Shown here piece after piece: positions 50,491 to 63,199 of a stretch of 64,000 bases of DNA. This DNA is from Callorhinchus milii (lineage: Eukaryota). The notes beneath the pieces were generated by a model that worked only from the letters and a program-made list of their open reading frames with translations, was not told the origin of the DNA and ran no database searches. How positions within the stretch are numbered: the first letter of the stretch is position 1; the number at the start of each line of letters is the position of its first letter. The stretch is from contig NW_024704743.1 in NCBI RefSeq assembly GCF_018977255.1, positions 44,022,001 through 44,086,000 of the forward strand, read 5' to 3'. The position numbers and the translations under genes were made by a program.

Positions 50491-53400
50491 TGGGGAGATG
50501 GTAATCGTCAAAATAAGAGTACTGTATTTTAAGTGATCTTCATTCCCAACTAAACAACCCATGAGGCTTTGAAACTATTAACTTGAGACAAACACATTTT
50601 AATTTGCTTCATATCACGATGTAAATAAATTCCTTTAGTTGACACACTCTGAAACTTCTAATTTCGCAAAAACAACTTGCATTTATATAATGGCCATTAT
50701 GGAGGATTACACCTCAGAGCACTTCACAAGAATGGTATTGGATGTTGAGCAAAGGCATAGGTGACCATAGGCACAATCAAAGAGATATGTTTTAACTGGG
50801 CTTAAGATGATTTGTGATTTGTGTATAAAAATACTTCCTCAGATGTTAGCAATTATTTCCTGTTTGACCACTTCGTACAACTCTTTTCTAAGAGTCCGTG
50901 GCTTTTAATTCATTATTCAAATGTCTTTAATCATTGGGCCTCAATAATGCTGCTTTACTAACAGACTAACAGATTCCAGCTCACTGGAGGCCAGCACTTA
51001 CCATCTGTATTGGCAACAAGTGCTTCAGTTCACAGTCTGGCTCATGAGTGCCATGGAAATATTTCCTTCCTGTACAAGCAGCAGTAACATTACAATTCAA
51101 GATCAAATCCATTGGTCATTCACTAATCGTTTCAGCTGTTGAAAATGGGCTGGTTGAGTGACTTTGAGAGGGATCATTGAATTATAGAATTAGAGAAATT
51201 GCAGCGGAGAAATTGGCCCATTGAGCCTAAACTGCTGTTATGTTATCCATTGGAGTTAACTACTCTAATTCTAAATACATCTGCATTCCTTATACCCCTT
51301 TAAGTGTATTGAAAAGATTATGGGAATGTCCTGCTCTGTCTGCTCCATGAGGCATATTTGTTGATTTGGGCTAAGCATTATTCTGTTCCATCCAGTTAAT
51401 TTTATTATTTTGTTCCTGCCCATTTACAAATATTACTAATGTTAATGTAAGGTATAAGTGTAATGGTGTTAAAGATGCAAAATTAAATTACATCTTCAAT
51501 TTAATAAATAACAATCCCAATCATCCTTGCATTTCCCTTTCACATCAGGAGAATGTTTCAAAACACGTCACAAGATTTTACTGTAACATGTAGTGACTGC
51601 GTAGGCAATCAAAGCAGCCCATTTGCACACAGCAATATCCTCTAATCATCCATGAAGTGAGTGACCTATTTTATTTGGGGGCTTATTAGCCAGGTCACCA
51701 AGAGAAGCTCCCTTCTCACTGAAAGCGATGGGACAGATGTCTAGAAGAACAACCTGCATTCAAGCCTAACCCATTGCAATTCAACAATATCTCCATGTTC
51801 ACAGCAGTCACAATGTTTCATGATAATTTGTGTGTATATGTATCCTTACATCCTACCACTTGACAGCACTTATAGGTTCAACGACTGAACTAACCTAGTT
51901 CTAAGATCCAGCAAAATCCTACAATCACAAAGTCTTTTCCAGTACTATTTGTAATCATAATCACAACCGATTTTAATAGGATTTAATATTCTTGTCAATC
52001 AATGGGGATTGTTTTTAAATTGGAAAGATGAGTTTTAAATTGGAGGACTTTTACAACCCTTTTATGGAGGACTGAATGTGTAATTGGTAAAATGGCTGTA
52101 AGGATATTTATATGCACTTGGCCTACCTATTACCATATTTAAATATTCAGTTTTCTCTTCATAGTTGATATTGGGAAACCTCAAAAACTTACTTGAGGAT
52201 ATTAATTGGCACTGTTCTCAGAAGAATGTGCTGTTATGTTTGTGCAAAAGCAAACATTGATTTTTTCAACAATGTCACTACATTGTGTCACTACATTGCA
52301 TTAACATTTGGCATGTTTTGTATCTGTAGGTTCTTTATGTATTCATCCTTGTATCTTGGTATCAGAGGGAGCTCAGAATGGACCATATTCCCTACAGGAA
52401 TAAACCTATCAGCTAGTTCTGAACAATAAAAATATTGAGGTATCAAACAGGAAGACTTAATTCTGAGTCGGGGGTATGTCCCCTGGTCTGTTGTTGCAAT
52501 CTCCTGGTACACAGCATTTTACCTTAATAGTGGCTGATAGCTTAAGATGCTCAATCAACATTAGTTAAATTTGGGGTCCCAATGGAATTCACAAACAATT
52601 CTCAAATAGTGAATCCTGATGATAGCCATGTGAACATCAAGCCAACTTGTGGAAACTCCATTCCTTCCAGGAGTGTTGGACTGAGTTCCTGCAAGTTAGG
52701 AAGATGCACAGTTATCCGGATGATTCAATCGTTATGATGGCTTTGAGAATCCTGTTGCAAATAGCATGTTTTTGACGCATAATTGTAACTTAATTCCTGA
52801 GAAAGCAGAAACGATAGACTTGTTTGGTGCTCTTGTATGTATGACTGCAGACACTGGCACAGTAAATGGCACAGAATGGAGACAAAAGCAAATATTGTAA
52901 ACATGGCTACATTTTTCAGAAGCTGAAACCTTTATATTTTTGAAATTGTTTGCCAAAATATAAAGATGCTTTATTTTTTTCCCCATCCCATTTAAGAGGG
53001 ATCCAGAAAGTTTGGGCCATGTTAGACCGTAAGGATCAAATGGTCATTAAAGGGATCTACAATTGAATGTTAGTAAATTCTGTCTTCTCTTTGTTGAAAC
53101 TGTGCTTTTTCTTACAGACACAAACAACAGGCCAGAAAATAGTTATTGGATATTCTATAAGAATTGTGTGAAACGCTTGCTTGAACTCAATTATGAAATG
53201 TATTCCTTTACAAATTGAAAGAAAATCTTGCCAAGGAAATCTGATAAAATGACTCATTAGATAAACATAGCTGCAGCACTACCATTCTAGACTGTTGGCA
53301 AAGAAGCTCTAAGTGTCACCTTCAGGGGTGAAAAATAACCTCAGCGGTTTTAGCTATAAAACTCAAAACATTTTGGAGACAAGGCTTATGTTTCAGTAAC

Positions 53401-54003
53401 GTGACAAATAAATAAATGTGCATCAAGCTGAGATGACACATGTGTGAATTTGATAGAGATACGAGTTGTAGAGTGATTGTAACAGTAAGAGCCATTATTA
53501 GTGGATATGACAGCTGAGAACATTAGAGTTCACAGAGGAAACCTTTAATGCCAATACACTCAATCTGTCCATTTCCCTGTCAACTCAATCCTTTCAGGTC
53601 TCACAGACATATCTACTCTTCCCTTCTGAACTGTGTGCACATGAGAAACAGGCAAAGAGAGTGCTCTATGACAGAGGGCTGTGGAGAGAGGATAAATATG
53701 AGGCAGGCTGAAGCCTGAACCAATATGGGTTGGGTGCTCTTTTCCAGCATCTTTAAAAAACAGATACAGTAATCTATATACGAGTGCCATCTGCTGGAGA
53801 GAGAAAGTATGACTCCAATAAACATTCCAGTTCTAACCAAAATATTCCTTCTTCAATTAATTCAAAGATTTAAAAAAAACGAATTTGATAAAGAGAACGT
53901 AGAGGGAAATGTAAGAGGAACACAGTGTAGAGTGATAGATTGTATGAGATAATATTAAACTACATTTAAATATTAAAGGTTAACTCCTTAAATGCAACAA
54001 GAT

Positions 54004-55095
54004 CCTCATTAAAGGCTGGTACTGAAAATAAAGAAAGTGGGAATCAGAGGAAGTATCTTGCAATGGATACGTAATTGGCTGACTGATAGAACCCAGTTGG
54101 TAATGGTACAGGGAATGCCATCAAGCTGGGAGAATGTTACCAGTGGAGTTCCACAGGGGTCTGTTTTTGGACCTCTTTTATTTAACATCCTTATAAACAA
54201 CCTGAGCTAGGAGTCACAAGCACAGTGGCTAAATTTGCAGATGACACAAAGCTAATGAAAGTGGTAGATTGCAAAGATGAACATCTTGGGAATTAGGCAG
54301 ATCGATGGCAGATGAAATTCAATGTAAGTGCAAAGTGCTTCACATGGGGAAAAACAATTCCAGGAAGGGACTATTATTTAAATGGTAAGAAAATAATCTG
54401 TACGGAAAATGAAAAGGACTTGGGGATCCTGATTGATAATAAATTGAAGCTATCACAACAGTGCTCGGTAGCAGTGAGTAAGGCAAACCAGATACTAGGC
54501 TGTATTAAAAAGGCAATATTGAGCCAAAATTATGGGGTAATCCTGCCACTTTATAAATCACCAGTGCGACCGCACTCAAAATATTGTGTATTGGTCACTG
54601 CAATATAAAAAGCATATTGCAGCGATTGAGAGGATACATAGGAGGGCAACAAAAATAACTGAGGGAATGGATGGACTGGACTACGAGGAGTGATTAGATA
54701 AACTGGGCATGTTCACATTAGAGAAGAGAAGGTTGAGGGGCGATATGACTATGGTCTTTAAGATTCTGAAGGGAATAGATAACGTAGGACATGATAAGCT
54801 GTTTTAGTGTGTACTGAACAGTAGAACCAGAGGACACAGCCTGCGATGATTGAAGTGGGTAAATTCTAAACAAATCTGAAGAAACATTACTTCAGTGAGC
54901 GAGCAGTAAACGTAAGGAACAGGCTCCCTAGGGAGACGGGGGATGCAGAAAATATTGTTTGTTTCAAGAACAAATTAGATAGTTTTCTGCTAGAAAATAA
55001 TATCTTCGGATACACTATATAGTTTGGGACACAAAATGTCAAGTGACTGCCAGGATGGTAGAACCCGAACTAGATGGACTTTGATCTACTTTTGC
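54004..55095 (+). mobile_element. CR1 lineage C, 3' part, decayed
   Basis: [39 protein letters not shown]; 3'UTR differs from lineages A and B. Confidence 0.9.
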
Positions 55096-55101
55096 TAAGC
55101 A

Positions 55102-55218
55102 AATGCCGCGTTTCGCCCACAAAATATACAGTCAATTCACTTTACAGTATATTCTGCAAGCGCTTTGGGATGTTTTGAAGACATGTTAAGGTGCTCTATC
55201 AAATGCAAGGATTATTAA
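55102..55218 (+). mobile_element. SINE 3' tail
   Basis: 'gccgcgtttcgcccacaaaatatacagtcaattcactttacag...caaggattatt'. Confidence 0.85.
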
Positions 55219-55351
55219 GCTGTTTGTTTTAATGAAGATTGAAGTTTGACTTGCTGGCTCAGTAACACTCGATGTTCTTAATATTAGAGATTCAAATGTC
55301 AAATATCAAATGTAAGGATTATTCTCAGTCACATCCAATGTAGCCAAATGT

Positions 55352-55417
55352 CGTGCTTTCAACGACAACACCACCTATCTCTTTCCAGAGATAGGTGGTG
55401 TTGTCGTTGAAAGCACG
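55352..55417. repeat. Perfect inverted repeat: 31-bp arms, 4-nt loop
   Basis: CGTGCTTTCAACGACAACACCACCTATCTCT-TTCC-AGAGATAGGTGGTGTTGTCGTTGAAAGCACG. Confidence 0.97.
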
Positions 55418-55456
55418 GCCACCAATGGTGGAACGGAGGGCACGAAGGACATGAGG

Positions 55457-56228
55457 AACAACAACAACAACTTGGATTTATATAGCGTCCTCCACATCGG
55501 ACGGCATCTCAGAGCGCTTCACAGTGACGGACCCCGGGGCTGAGCCAGGGGGAGGGGGAGGAAAGTGACCAAAGGCACAGTCGAAAAGAAAGGTCTTCAG
55601 CTGAGACCTGAAAATAGGAGGAGGGGGGAGAGGTGAAGGGAGTGAGGAAGGGAGTTACAGAGGCTCGGGGAAGTCAGGTAGGTGGAGGAGGTGAGAACCA
55701 TGTGATTTTAGACGTTGATGAGAACCAAAGAGTATGGCTTCCGTCTTGTCAACGTTCAGCTGAAGGAAATTCGCACTCATCCAGGCCCTGAGGTCTGACA
55801 GACAGGCTGACAGGACATCAGGGGACTGGGGGTCGCAATGTGAGGTGGAAAAATAGAATTGGGTGTCGTCTGGATACATGTGGAAGTGTACCCCGTGTCT
55901 GTGGATGACATCCCCAAGAGGGAGCATGTAGATCAGAAAGAGGAGGGTGCCAAGGATGGATCCTTGGGGTACCCCGCAGGTGACCGGGTGAGGGTGGGAG
56001 GAGAAGCCGTTTGTGCAGATGTACTACTGGAAGTTCGTGAGGTAGGACTCGAATCAGGCGAGTGCGGTCCCACTGAGGTGGATGACGGAGGAAAGGCGGT
56101 GGAGGAGGATGGCGTGATCGACTGTGTTGAACGTGGCGGAGATATCCAGGAGGACAAGGAGGCAGAGGGAGGCCTGGTCACAGATAGAGAGGATGTCATT
56201 TGAGACTTTCACAAGCGCAGTCTCTGAA
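55457..56228 (-). mobile_element. L2 (second subfamily) with an internal deletion near 55635
   Basis: Tail as at 23778; FHMYPDDTQ, GVPQGSILG and LDISATF-like motifs. Confidence 0.9.
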
Positions 56229-56520
56229 CTATGGGCAGGTTGTAGGCTGTAGGCAGTCGAGTGGATGCAACGGGTTGTGGGTTAGCAGGCCGGAGTGGTA
56301 GAGAGGTGCCAGGGTATGTCGAGATTTGAAAACGAGTGTGAGGATCTTGAAATCAATCCATTCGGCGATAGGGAGCCAGTAGAGCCGGGCTAGATCTGGT
56401 GTGATGTCGGTACAGAGTTTAGTACGGGTGAGTATGCAGGCGATGGAATCTTGCATCAGCTGGATCTTGTGGATGGTGGAGATAGGGAGACCGGCAAGGA
56501 GGGCATTTGAAAAGTCAAGG
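56229..56520 (-). mobile_element. Older L2 fragment
   Basis: LDFSNALLAGLP...LYWLPIAEWIDFKIL. Confidence 0.85.
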
Positions 56521-56530
56521 AGAGTGAGGA

Positions 56531-57522
56531 GGATAGAACCTCTGCAGAAAGTTGGGATGTACATTAGCTTGATAACAATTAAATATTAAATACAACAACA
56601 ACAACAAGATTACATTTGTATAGCGTCTCTCCAACCTACTATCCCCCTACTTACCTGCCCGCACCCTCCGTTCCTCTGGCTCCGGTCTGCTCCACATCCC
56701 CCGTCCCGACCGCCCTGCCATCCTTGGCCGGGCCTTCAGCCTCTCAGCCCCGAGGCTCTGGAACTCCATCCCCCAGTGCCTTCGCCGCTTCCTCCCTTTT
56801 CTCCTTCAAGGCCGGTCTCTTCGACAGTGCCTTCAGCTCCCCTCTCGAGTCTCTACCCCATCCTCGCTCCCTCCCTTCCCTCCCCTCACCCTGACTATTT
56901 CCCCCCTGCTCGGGTCCCGACCCAATTGTCCAGCACCTTGGGACGTCCTCCCGACGTGAAAGACGCTCTATAAATGAAATCCTGTTGTTGTTGTTGTTGT
57001 TTCACGTCGGCAGGACGTCCCAAGGTTTAAATATTAAACATTAAACATTAAATATGGAATAGATTGTTCCAACATCTAGGGACAAAGTTTTAGAAAAGTT
57101 TTAAAGGAGTTTGTGCTTTCTTACATATAATTAAAATTGCAGATACGCAGGAAGCCTTCTTTATGCATTATATATGTTACATGCGAACAAAGGCTAAAGC
57201 CATTTACAGCTACGTGACTATTATCAAGTGCAGCATGTGTTCAGATTTTCAAGTCAGCAACCAGCAACCATATGCTGGCGTTCATGCCAAGAGAGTCCAA
57301 CTGCACAATAGAAATAAATAGTTTCATATTTGTTGCTTACGGCAATATCTTCTGGAATCAATCTGTTGAAAGAAGAAATCAAGCTGCACAAATATTCTAC
57401 AAGCAAGTTGTAAAAAATGGATGAGGTGTTGAGACAATCTGTTCCATATTTAATGTTTAATATTTAATATTTAATTGGTGTCAAGCTAATGTACATTCCA
57501 ACTTTCTGGAGAGGTTCTATCC
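56531..57522. mobile_element. MITE-like element with ~100-bp inverted arms; left arm interrupted by L2 inserts
   Basis: 56531-56592 plus 57026-57077 is the reverse complement of 57424-57522 (GGATAGAACCTCT...AGAGGTTCTATCC). Confidence 0.7.
56592..57025. mobile_element. Tiny minus-strand L2 tail (56592-56628, 57001-57025) split by a plus-strand young L2 3' fragment (56627-57000)
   Basis: 'tatagcgtct|ttcacgtcggcaggacgtcccaagg' rejoins when the inner copy is removed. Confidence 0.88.
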
Positions 57523-57547
57523 CTCCCTCCCTCTCTCCCTCCCTCCC

Positions 57548-57790
57548 TCCATCCAATACACACAGGTACAGACTACATATGGACTCATACAGACAACCAG
57601 ATATAGATGGACACGCAGATAGGCTAAACACAGATAAACACAGACAGACACATTCAGAGGCAAGCAGACAGACACACAGACACACATACAGACACACATC
57701 TAGCCTACAAACACAGACAGACACATAGATGAATACACACGGAAACACACAATCTGATACACACCGCAGAAACACACAGACAGACACTCA
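57548..57790. repeat. Degenerate CA-rich repeat (continues ~60820-60915)
   Basis: Direct inspection. Confidence 0.85.
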
Positions 57791-57814
57791 TTGGAATCCT
57801 GTAGCTCAGTGGTT

Positions 57815-60497
57815 CACTCAAAATCCTCCTCCTCTACCGGCCCCCTAAAACCTCTCCCACCTTCATCTCCGATATTTCAACACTTCTTACATCTCTCTGC
57901 CTCTGCTCTGATCGCCTCATCATCCTGGGCGACTTCAACCTGCACTTCACCCCCTCCTGCTCCATCTCCTCAGACTTCTCTTCCCTGCTCTCCTCGCTCA
58001 ACCTCTCCCTCCACATCAACTCCCCCACTCACAGTCACGGCCACCCACTCGACTTGGTGATCACCCGGGGCCTCAGTGTCTCGGATGTCACTATCACCGA
58101 CAAGGCCGTCTCCGATCACCACTTCATCTCCTTCACCACCTCCACCCCCCTCCCCACCTCCACCAGACCCACCACCATCTTCTACCGCCCCTGGAAGAAG
58201 TTACCCCACAATCCCTAACCGCTGCCTTGGAGTCCTCTGAACTCCTCTCCCTCTGGCCTTCAACCCTCACTGACCCCTCTTCTCCTCTCACCCTCCTCCA
58301 CAACACCCTCTCCTCCACACTCGACACTCTTGCCCCCATCACCTCCCATACTGTCTCCTACTCTCGCTCCTCCCCCTGGTTCACCACCCACCTCCGCTCA
58401 CTGAAGAGCCAGGTGCGGGCTGCTGAACGCACCTGCGTCAAATCTGGCCTAACGGTCCACCGACAAATCTGGCTGGACCTCCTCAAAATCTACCGCTCCA
58501 CTCTAGCCTCGGCCAAGTCGTCCTTCTACTCCAGGATAATCCTGGAGGCGAAGAACAACCCCAGGCTACTGTTTTCTACCACATCCCGACTTCTCCGTCC
58601 CCCCCGCCACCCCGCGCAGGTCATCTCCTCCAACCTTCACTGCGAGGAGATGCTGGATTTCCTTGAATCCAAAATCAAGGGAATCCGCTCCGCGGTCACT
58701 TCCCCTCCAACATCCACCCACCCCCCCACCCCCTCCCTCCCACACTCCGACTCCTACCCATCCTCCCCTACACACTTTCGTACCCGTTTCCCCACCCTCT
58801 GTCACCAAACTCATCCTATCCCTGAAACCCACCACCTGCTCCCTTGACCCCATCCCCACTCCACTCCTTATCTCCCAGCTCCACCTCCTTGCCCCACATA
58901 TCACAGACATCGTCAACCTGTCCCTCTCCTCTGGCTCTGTTCCCATTCCCTTAAAAACTGCCACCATCACTCCCACCTTGAAAAAACCCTCCCTTGATGC
59001 GTCGCAGCTATCAAGCTACCGGCCCATCTCCAACCTCCCCTTCCTGTCCAAGGTCCTTGAACGAGTTGTCGCCTCCCAGCTGCGCTCTTTCCTCTCCACC
59101 CATTCATTATTCGAACCCCTTCAGTCGGGTTTCCGTGCTGCCCATAGCACAGAAACTGCCCTGGTCAAGGTCACCAATGACATCCTGACCATCTGTGACC
59201 AGGGCTCCCTCTGCCTCCTCGTCCTCCTCGACCTATCGGCAGCATTCGATACGGTCGACCACGCTATCCTCCTCCACCGCTTGTCCTCCCACCTCAACCT
59301 TCAAGGCCCTGTCCTTGAGTGGTTTAGGTCGTACCTCTCCCACCGTCTTCACTTTGTTTCCACGAATGGCTTTTCCTCCGGCCCCCGCACTGTCTCGTGC
59401 GGTGTCCCTCAGGGCTCTGTCCTCGGTCCCCTCCTCTTCACCCTCTATATGCTCCCCCTTGGTGACATCATCCGCAGACATGGGGTTAACTTCCACATGT
59501 ATGCGGATGACACCCAACTCTACCTTTCCTCCTCTACCCTCAACTCCACGACCACCGATGTCCTGACAGCCTGCCTGTCCGACATCGAGTCCTGGACGAG
59601 AGACAACTTTCTTCAGCTCAACGTGCGTAAAACTGAGGCCCTCCTGATTGGCTCACGTCAGCGCCTCCGCACCTCAGGCGCTGACAGCATCAGCATCCAA
59701 GGCTGCACTCTCCACCTCTCAAAGCCAGTCAGGAACCTCGGGGTTCTGTTCGACCCTGAGCTGTCCTTTCTCCCTCATATCCGCACCACAACTGGCACCG
59801 CCTTCCATCACCTCCGGAATATCGCCAGACTATGGCACTACCTCACCCCTCACGCTGCTGAAACTCTGGTCCACGCCTTTATCACCTCAAGGCTGGACTA
59901 TGGGAACTCTCTCCTCGTCGGCCTTCCCGGCACCTCCCTCCACAAGCTGCAGGTCATTCAGAACTCTGCAGCTCGTGTACTGTCCCGCACCAGGCTTCGC
60001 GACCACATCACTCCCACCCTCGCTCGCCTCCACTGGCTCCCCATCCCCCAGAGGATCGAATTCAAGATCCTCATCCTCACCTTCAAGGCCATTCACGGCA
60101 TCGCTCCCTCCTACCTCTCCGACCTACTATCCCCCTACCTACCTGCCCGTACCTTCCGTTCCTCTGGCTCCGGTCTGCTCCACATCCCCCGCCCCAACCG
60201 CCCTACCATCGGTGGCTGGGCCTTCAGCCTCTCAGCCCCGAGGCTCTGGAGCTCTATCCCCCAGTGTCTTCGCCGCCTCCTCCCTTTCCTCCTTCAAGGC
60301 CGGTCTCAAGACCTTTCTCTTTGACCGAGCCTTCAGCTCCCCTCTCGACTCTCTACCCCCTCCTCCCTCCCTCCCTTCCCTCCCCTCACCCTGACCATTT
60401 CCCCCCTGCTCGGGTCCTGACCCAACTGTACAGCGCCTTGGGACATCCTCCCGATGTGAAAGGCGCTCTTTAAATGGAATCTTGTTGTTGCTGTTGT
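57815..60497 (+). mobile_element. Young L2 LINE, 5'-truncated within the endonuclease
   Basis: LLYRPP, ILGDFN, SDH (APE); [27 protein letters not shown] at 59500-59511; (GTT)n tail; CpGs largely retained. Confidence 0.96.
58663..60324 (+). pseudogene. Open L2 RT reading frame (553 codons), cut off from the endonuclease by frameshifts near 58203 and ~58730
   Basis: ORF track plus manual frame tracing; no native start codon. Confidence 0.88.
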
Positions 60498-61119
60498 AGA
60501 GCATTCACCCACAAGCGGGAGACCTGGGTTCAATTACCGGTAGGGCAGAAAGTTGGGCAAGTTTCCTTACTCCACACTCCTCTCTTTACCTAGTAGTAAG
60601 TAGGAACCTGGTTGTTAGTTGATTGGCAAATCGCTTTTCTGGGGATAATAATCCCTCAACAAAAAATACAATAATAATTTGGTCACTCAATCGACGTCTG
60701 TTTGTGGGACACTGCTGCACACAATTCACTTTACAGTATATTCTGTGAAGTGCTTTAAGACGTCAAGAAGACGTGAAAAGCGCTAAATGATATGCAAGGA
60801 TTATTTATTATTATAAACGAGCATATAGATAGACATACATGCAGTCAAATACGCATAAACAGAGTCACACACAAACAGACATATATACACAGACATACAG
60901 AAAAATGCACAACACATAATTTATGAAAGTAATAAAAGTGAGGAATGTGGAGAAATTCACTCTATTGTTTTTTATTGTTACAGTTTTTTAGTTGAGGTTC
61001 TGACATGATGGAAAATGCAGCAATCACAAACTGATGTTGCTGCCTTAATCGCAACTTCTATTTTGTGCCTGAATTTCTATGATTCATGAACAAACTCATT
61101 TCAAAAGTTCACAGTGTTT

Positions 61120-61320
61120 AAGATAATGAAAGGGTTTGAGCGGATAAACAGTGAGGAACTCTCAAAGAGGTGGGGACAAAAGGGTGTACATTTAAAACTC
61201 CAAATAGGATCGTGAAAGGAGAAGTTAGGGACACACATCTGCCAGAATGTGAGAATGTGGAATGAATTGCCAGGAGAGCAACTTTTCTGGCTTTTTGGGG
61301 GCGTGAGACAGATTCACAAA
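61120..61320 (+). mobile_element. Old CR1 fragment
   Basis: VFKIMKGFERIN-like reading and 'tggaatgaattgccagg' (WNELP). Confidence 0.65.
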
Positions 61321-61959
61321 CAAGATAACATCTGCCTGTTTTGTAAATGCCACAATTACAACCCCCACTGAAGTGAAGATCTGAGGTGAATCAACACCTC
61401 TAGCTTGAAGTATATTTTCGGTCAAAAATTCCTCAACGCCTTGGAAATGCTGCAAATCCAGCTGTCTATGTTCAAGTAATCTTATTATTGAGATCAATGC
61501 TGGAGTAAACAAATCTCAGCCCAATCCCCAGTGTCTTTACCACAGCACAAAGATCTTATCCAGCTTCATCAGATGTTATAGTTAAAAATAACTGCAGGAC
61601 TGAATCAGCTTGAAATGCAATTACTCAACAAATTCCCAGCTCCGCAAAATTCAACCGCAAAACACAGCAAAAAATTAAGATTGTGCAAATTGTGGACTGT
61701 CCCACAATCCAGTCCCTATTTGGAAGCCAGTTCTTTCCTAAGACTGAAATTTTAAAAAATTCCACTATTCTGTGCAATCTTAAATTTTAAGACAAAATGT
61801 TAGATTAATATTAGATGGAAATTTATAATAACAATCCTTGCATTTAATATAGCATGTGATATAGCACATCATTGAGAGTTCTCAAAGCACTTTACAGAAT
61901 ATATTGTAAAGTGGAGTGACTGTGTATTTTGTGAGCAAATTTCAAATCTAGGATCTCCT

Positions 61960-63000
61960 ATATTTGTTTGTCTTGGTCAGCCGGGTGTCTGATATATGTG
62001 GAAACCCATCATCATGTTTAAGACTATTGCACCAAACTGAGAGTTCAACTCGTGCTACTTACACGTGGAAATTACTGTGTCTCGAATGGAATGCACAATC
62101 TCTTCTCAGAGGACATATCCTGCTTATCTGATTCTGGAGAGTATTACAACAACAACAACAACAACAACAACAAGATTATATTTGTATAGCGCCTTTCACG
62201 TTGGGAGGAGTCCCAAGGCGCTGCTCGGCATGAGCAAAAACTTGAGTAACCCAGATTGTGCATTGTGATACTGTTAGAGTTTAACCAGTTAAAGTCACAT
62301 AGCTTTGCACTGAGAGCACTGTCTGACACGCTTTCTGTTGCTTGTCCAGCTAGGATCACAATGCAATACAAATTTACACTTATATCTTTCACATCGAGAG
62401 GATGTCCTAAGGTTCTTAGGAGGCCTGGCTGGGCACCTGAGATGGGGATGGGAGCCAAAGTGGGTGGGGAAGGGAAAGGTGAACAAAGACACAGTCCAAG
62501 AGGTAGGTCTTGAGATGGACATTGAAAGAGTTGAGGGAGGGAACAAGTTGGAGGCGCTCCAGGGTGGAGCTCCAGAGGGTGAGGGTAGACAGGCTGAAAG
62601 CCTGATTCCTGATGTTATGGGGCAGGTGGGGAAGGCATCAGGAAGCAGACTAGTGCCTGTTGAGTGAAGGGAGAGGGCGGATCTTTAGGATTTGAGGAGG
62701 TCACAAAAGTAAGGGTGAGGCTAGACTGAAGAGGGATTTAAAGGTGAGGATGAGAATCTTGAACTCAGTCCTCTGGGGGATGGGGAGCCAGGCAAGGATG
62801 AAGCCTCGGTGGCCTGAAAGGAGAGGTGGTGATAGAGGAGGGCAATATTTAGGAGGTGGGGGAAAGCTGAGCTGGTCAGATGATGGATGATGGATTTAAA
62901 GGACAGCCAGGAGTCAAACAAGACACTGTGGTTCCTATCCATTGGGCTTTGGCTGGCAGAGTTAACAGGAGCCGAGTGGAAAGAATCATTGCCCCATTCT
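61960..63000 (-). mobile_element. Copy of the I-group-like 3' end, interrupted by L2 inserts at 62146-62222 and 62361-62935
   Basis: 61960-62142, 62226-62360 and 62936-63000 are collinear reverse complements of 5525 back to ~5140. Confidence 0.75.
62361..62935 (-). mobile_element. Old L2 3' part
   Basis: L2 tail; reverse of 'ctggctccccatcccccagaggactgagttcaagattctc'. Confidence 0.8.
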
Positions 63001-63199
63001 CAGTGAATCTCTTAAAAGAACCTCCTAAAATTAAGCCATAACCTCAGGTACCTGAAGTTCTATGAATGGCTGGTCTGATCTTACCAATGCCAGCAGGTGA
63101 CGAAATAGTCATCATGGCAACAGATCTGACAGAACGATTCCACTTTGTGAGCTTGTAAAAAATGACTGCAGCAGATGTGAAATTTTCAAAGGAATCATA

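Larger units (their letters stand above)
57792..60813 (+). mobile_element. Long-form SINE split by L2 (head 57792-57814; remainder 60498-60813)
   Basis: 'tggaatcctgtagctcagtggtt|agagcattc...' rejoins into the SINE head. Confidence 0.92.

Noticed and set aside
58663..60324. 553-aa RT ORF as a domesticated host gene
   Set aside because: Lies in a 5'-truncated L2 with a tail, inside a SINE, with no native start and near-identical dispersed copies.
61225..61512. 95-aa minus-strand ORF (and 49632-49955)
   Set aside because: No recognisable motif or splice context; length is within chance expectation.
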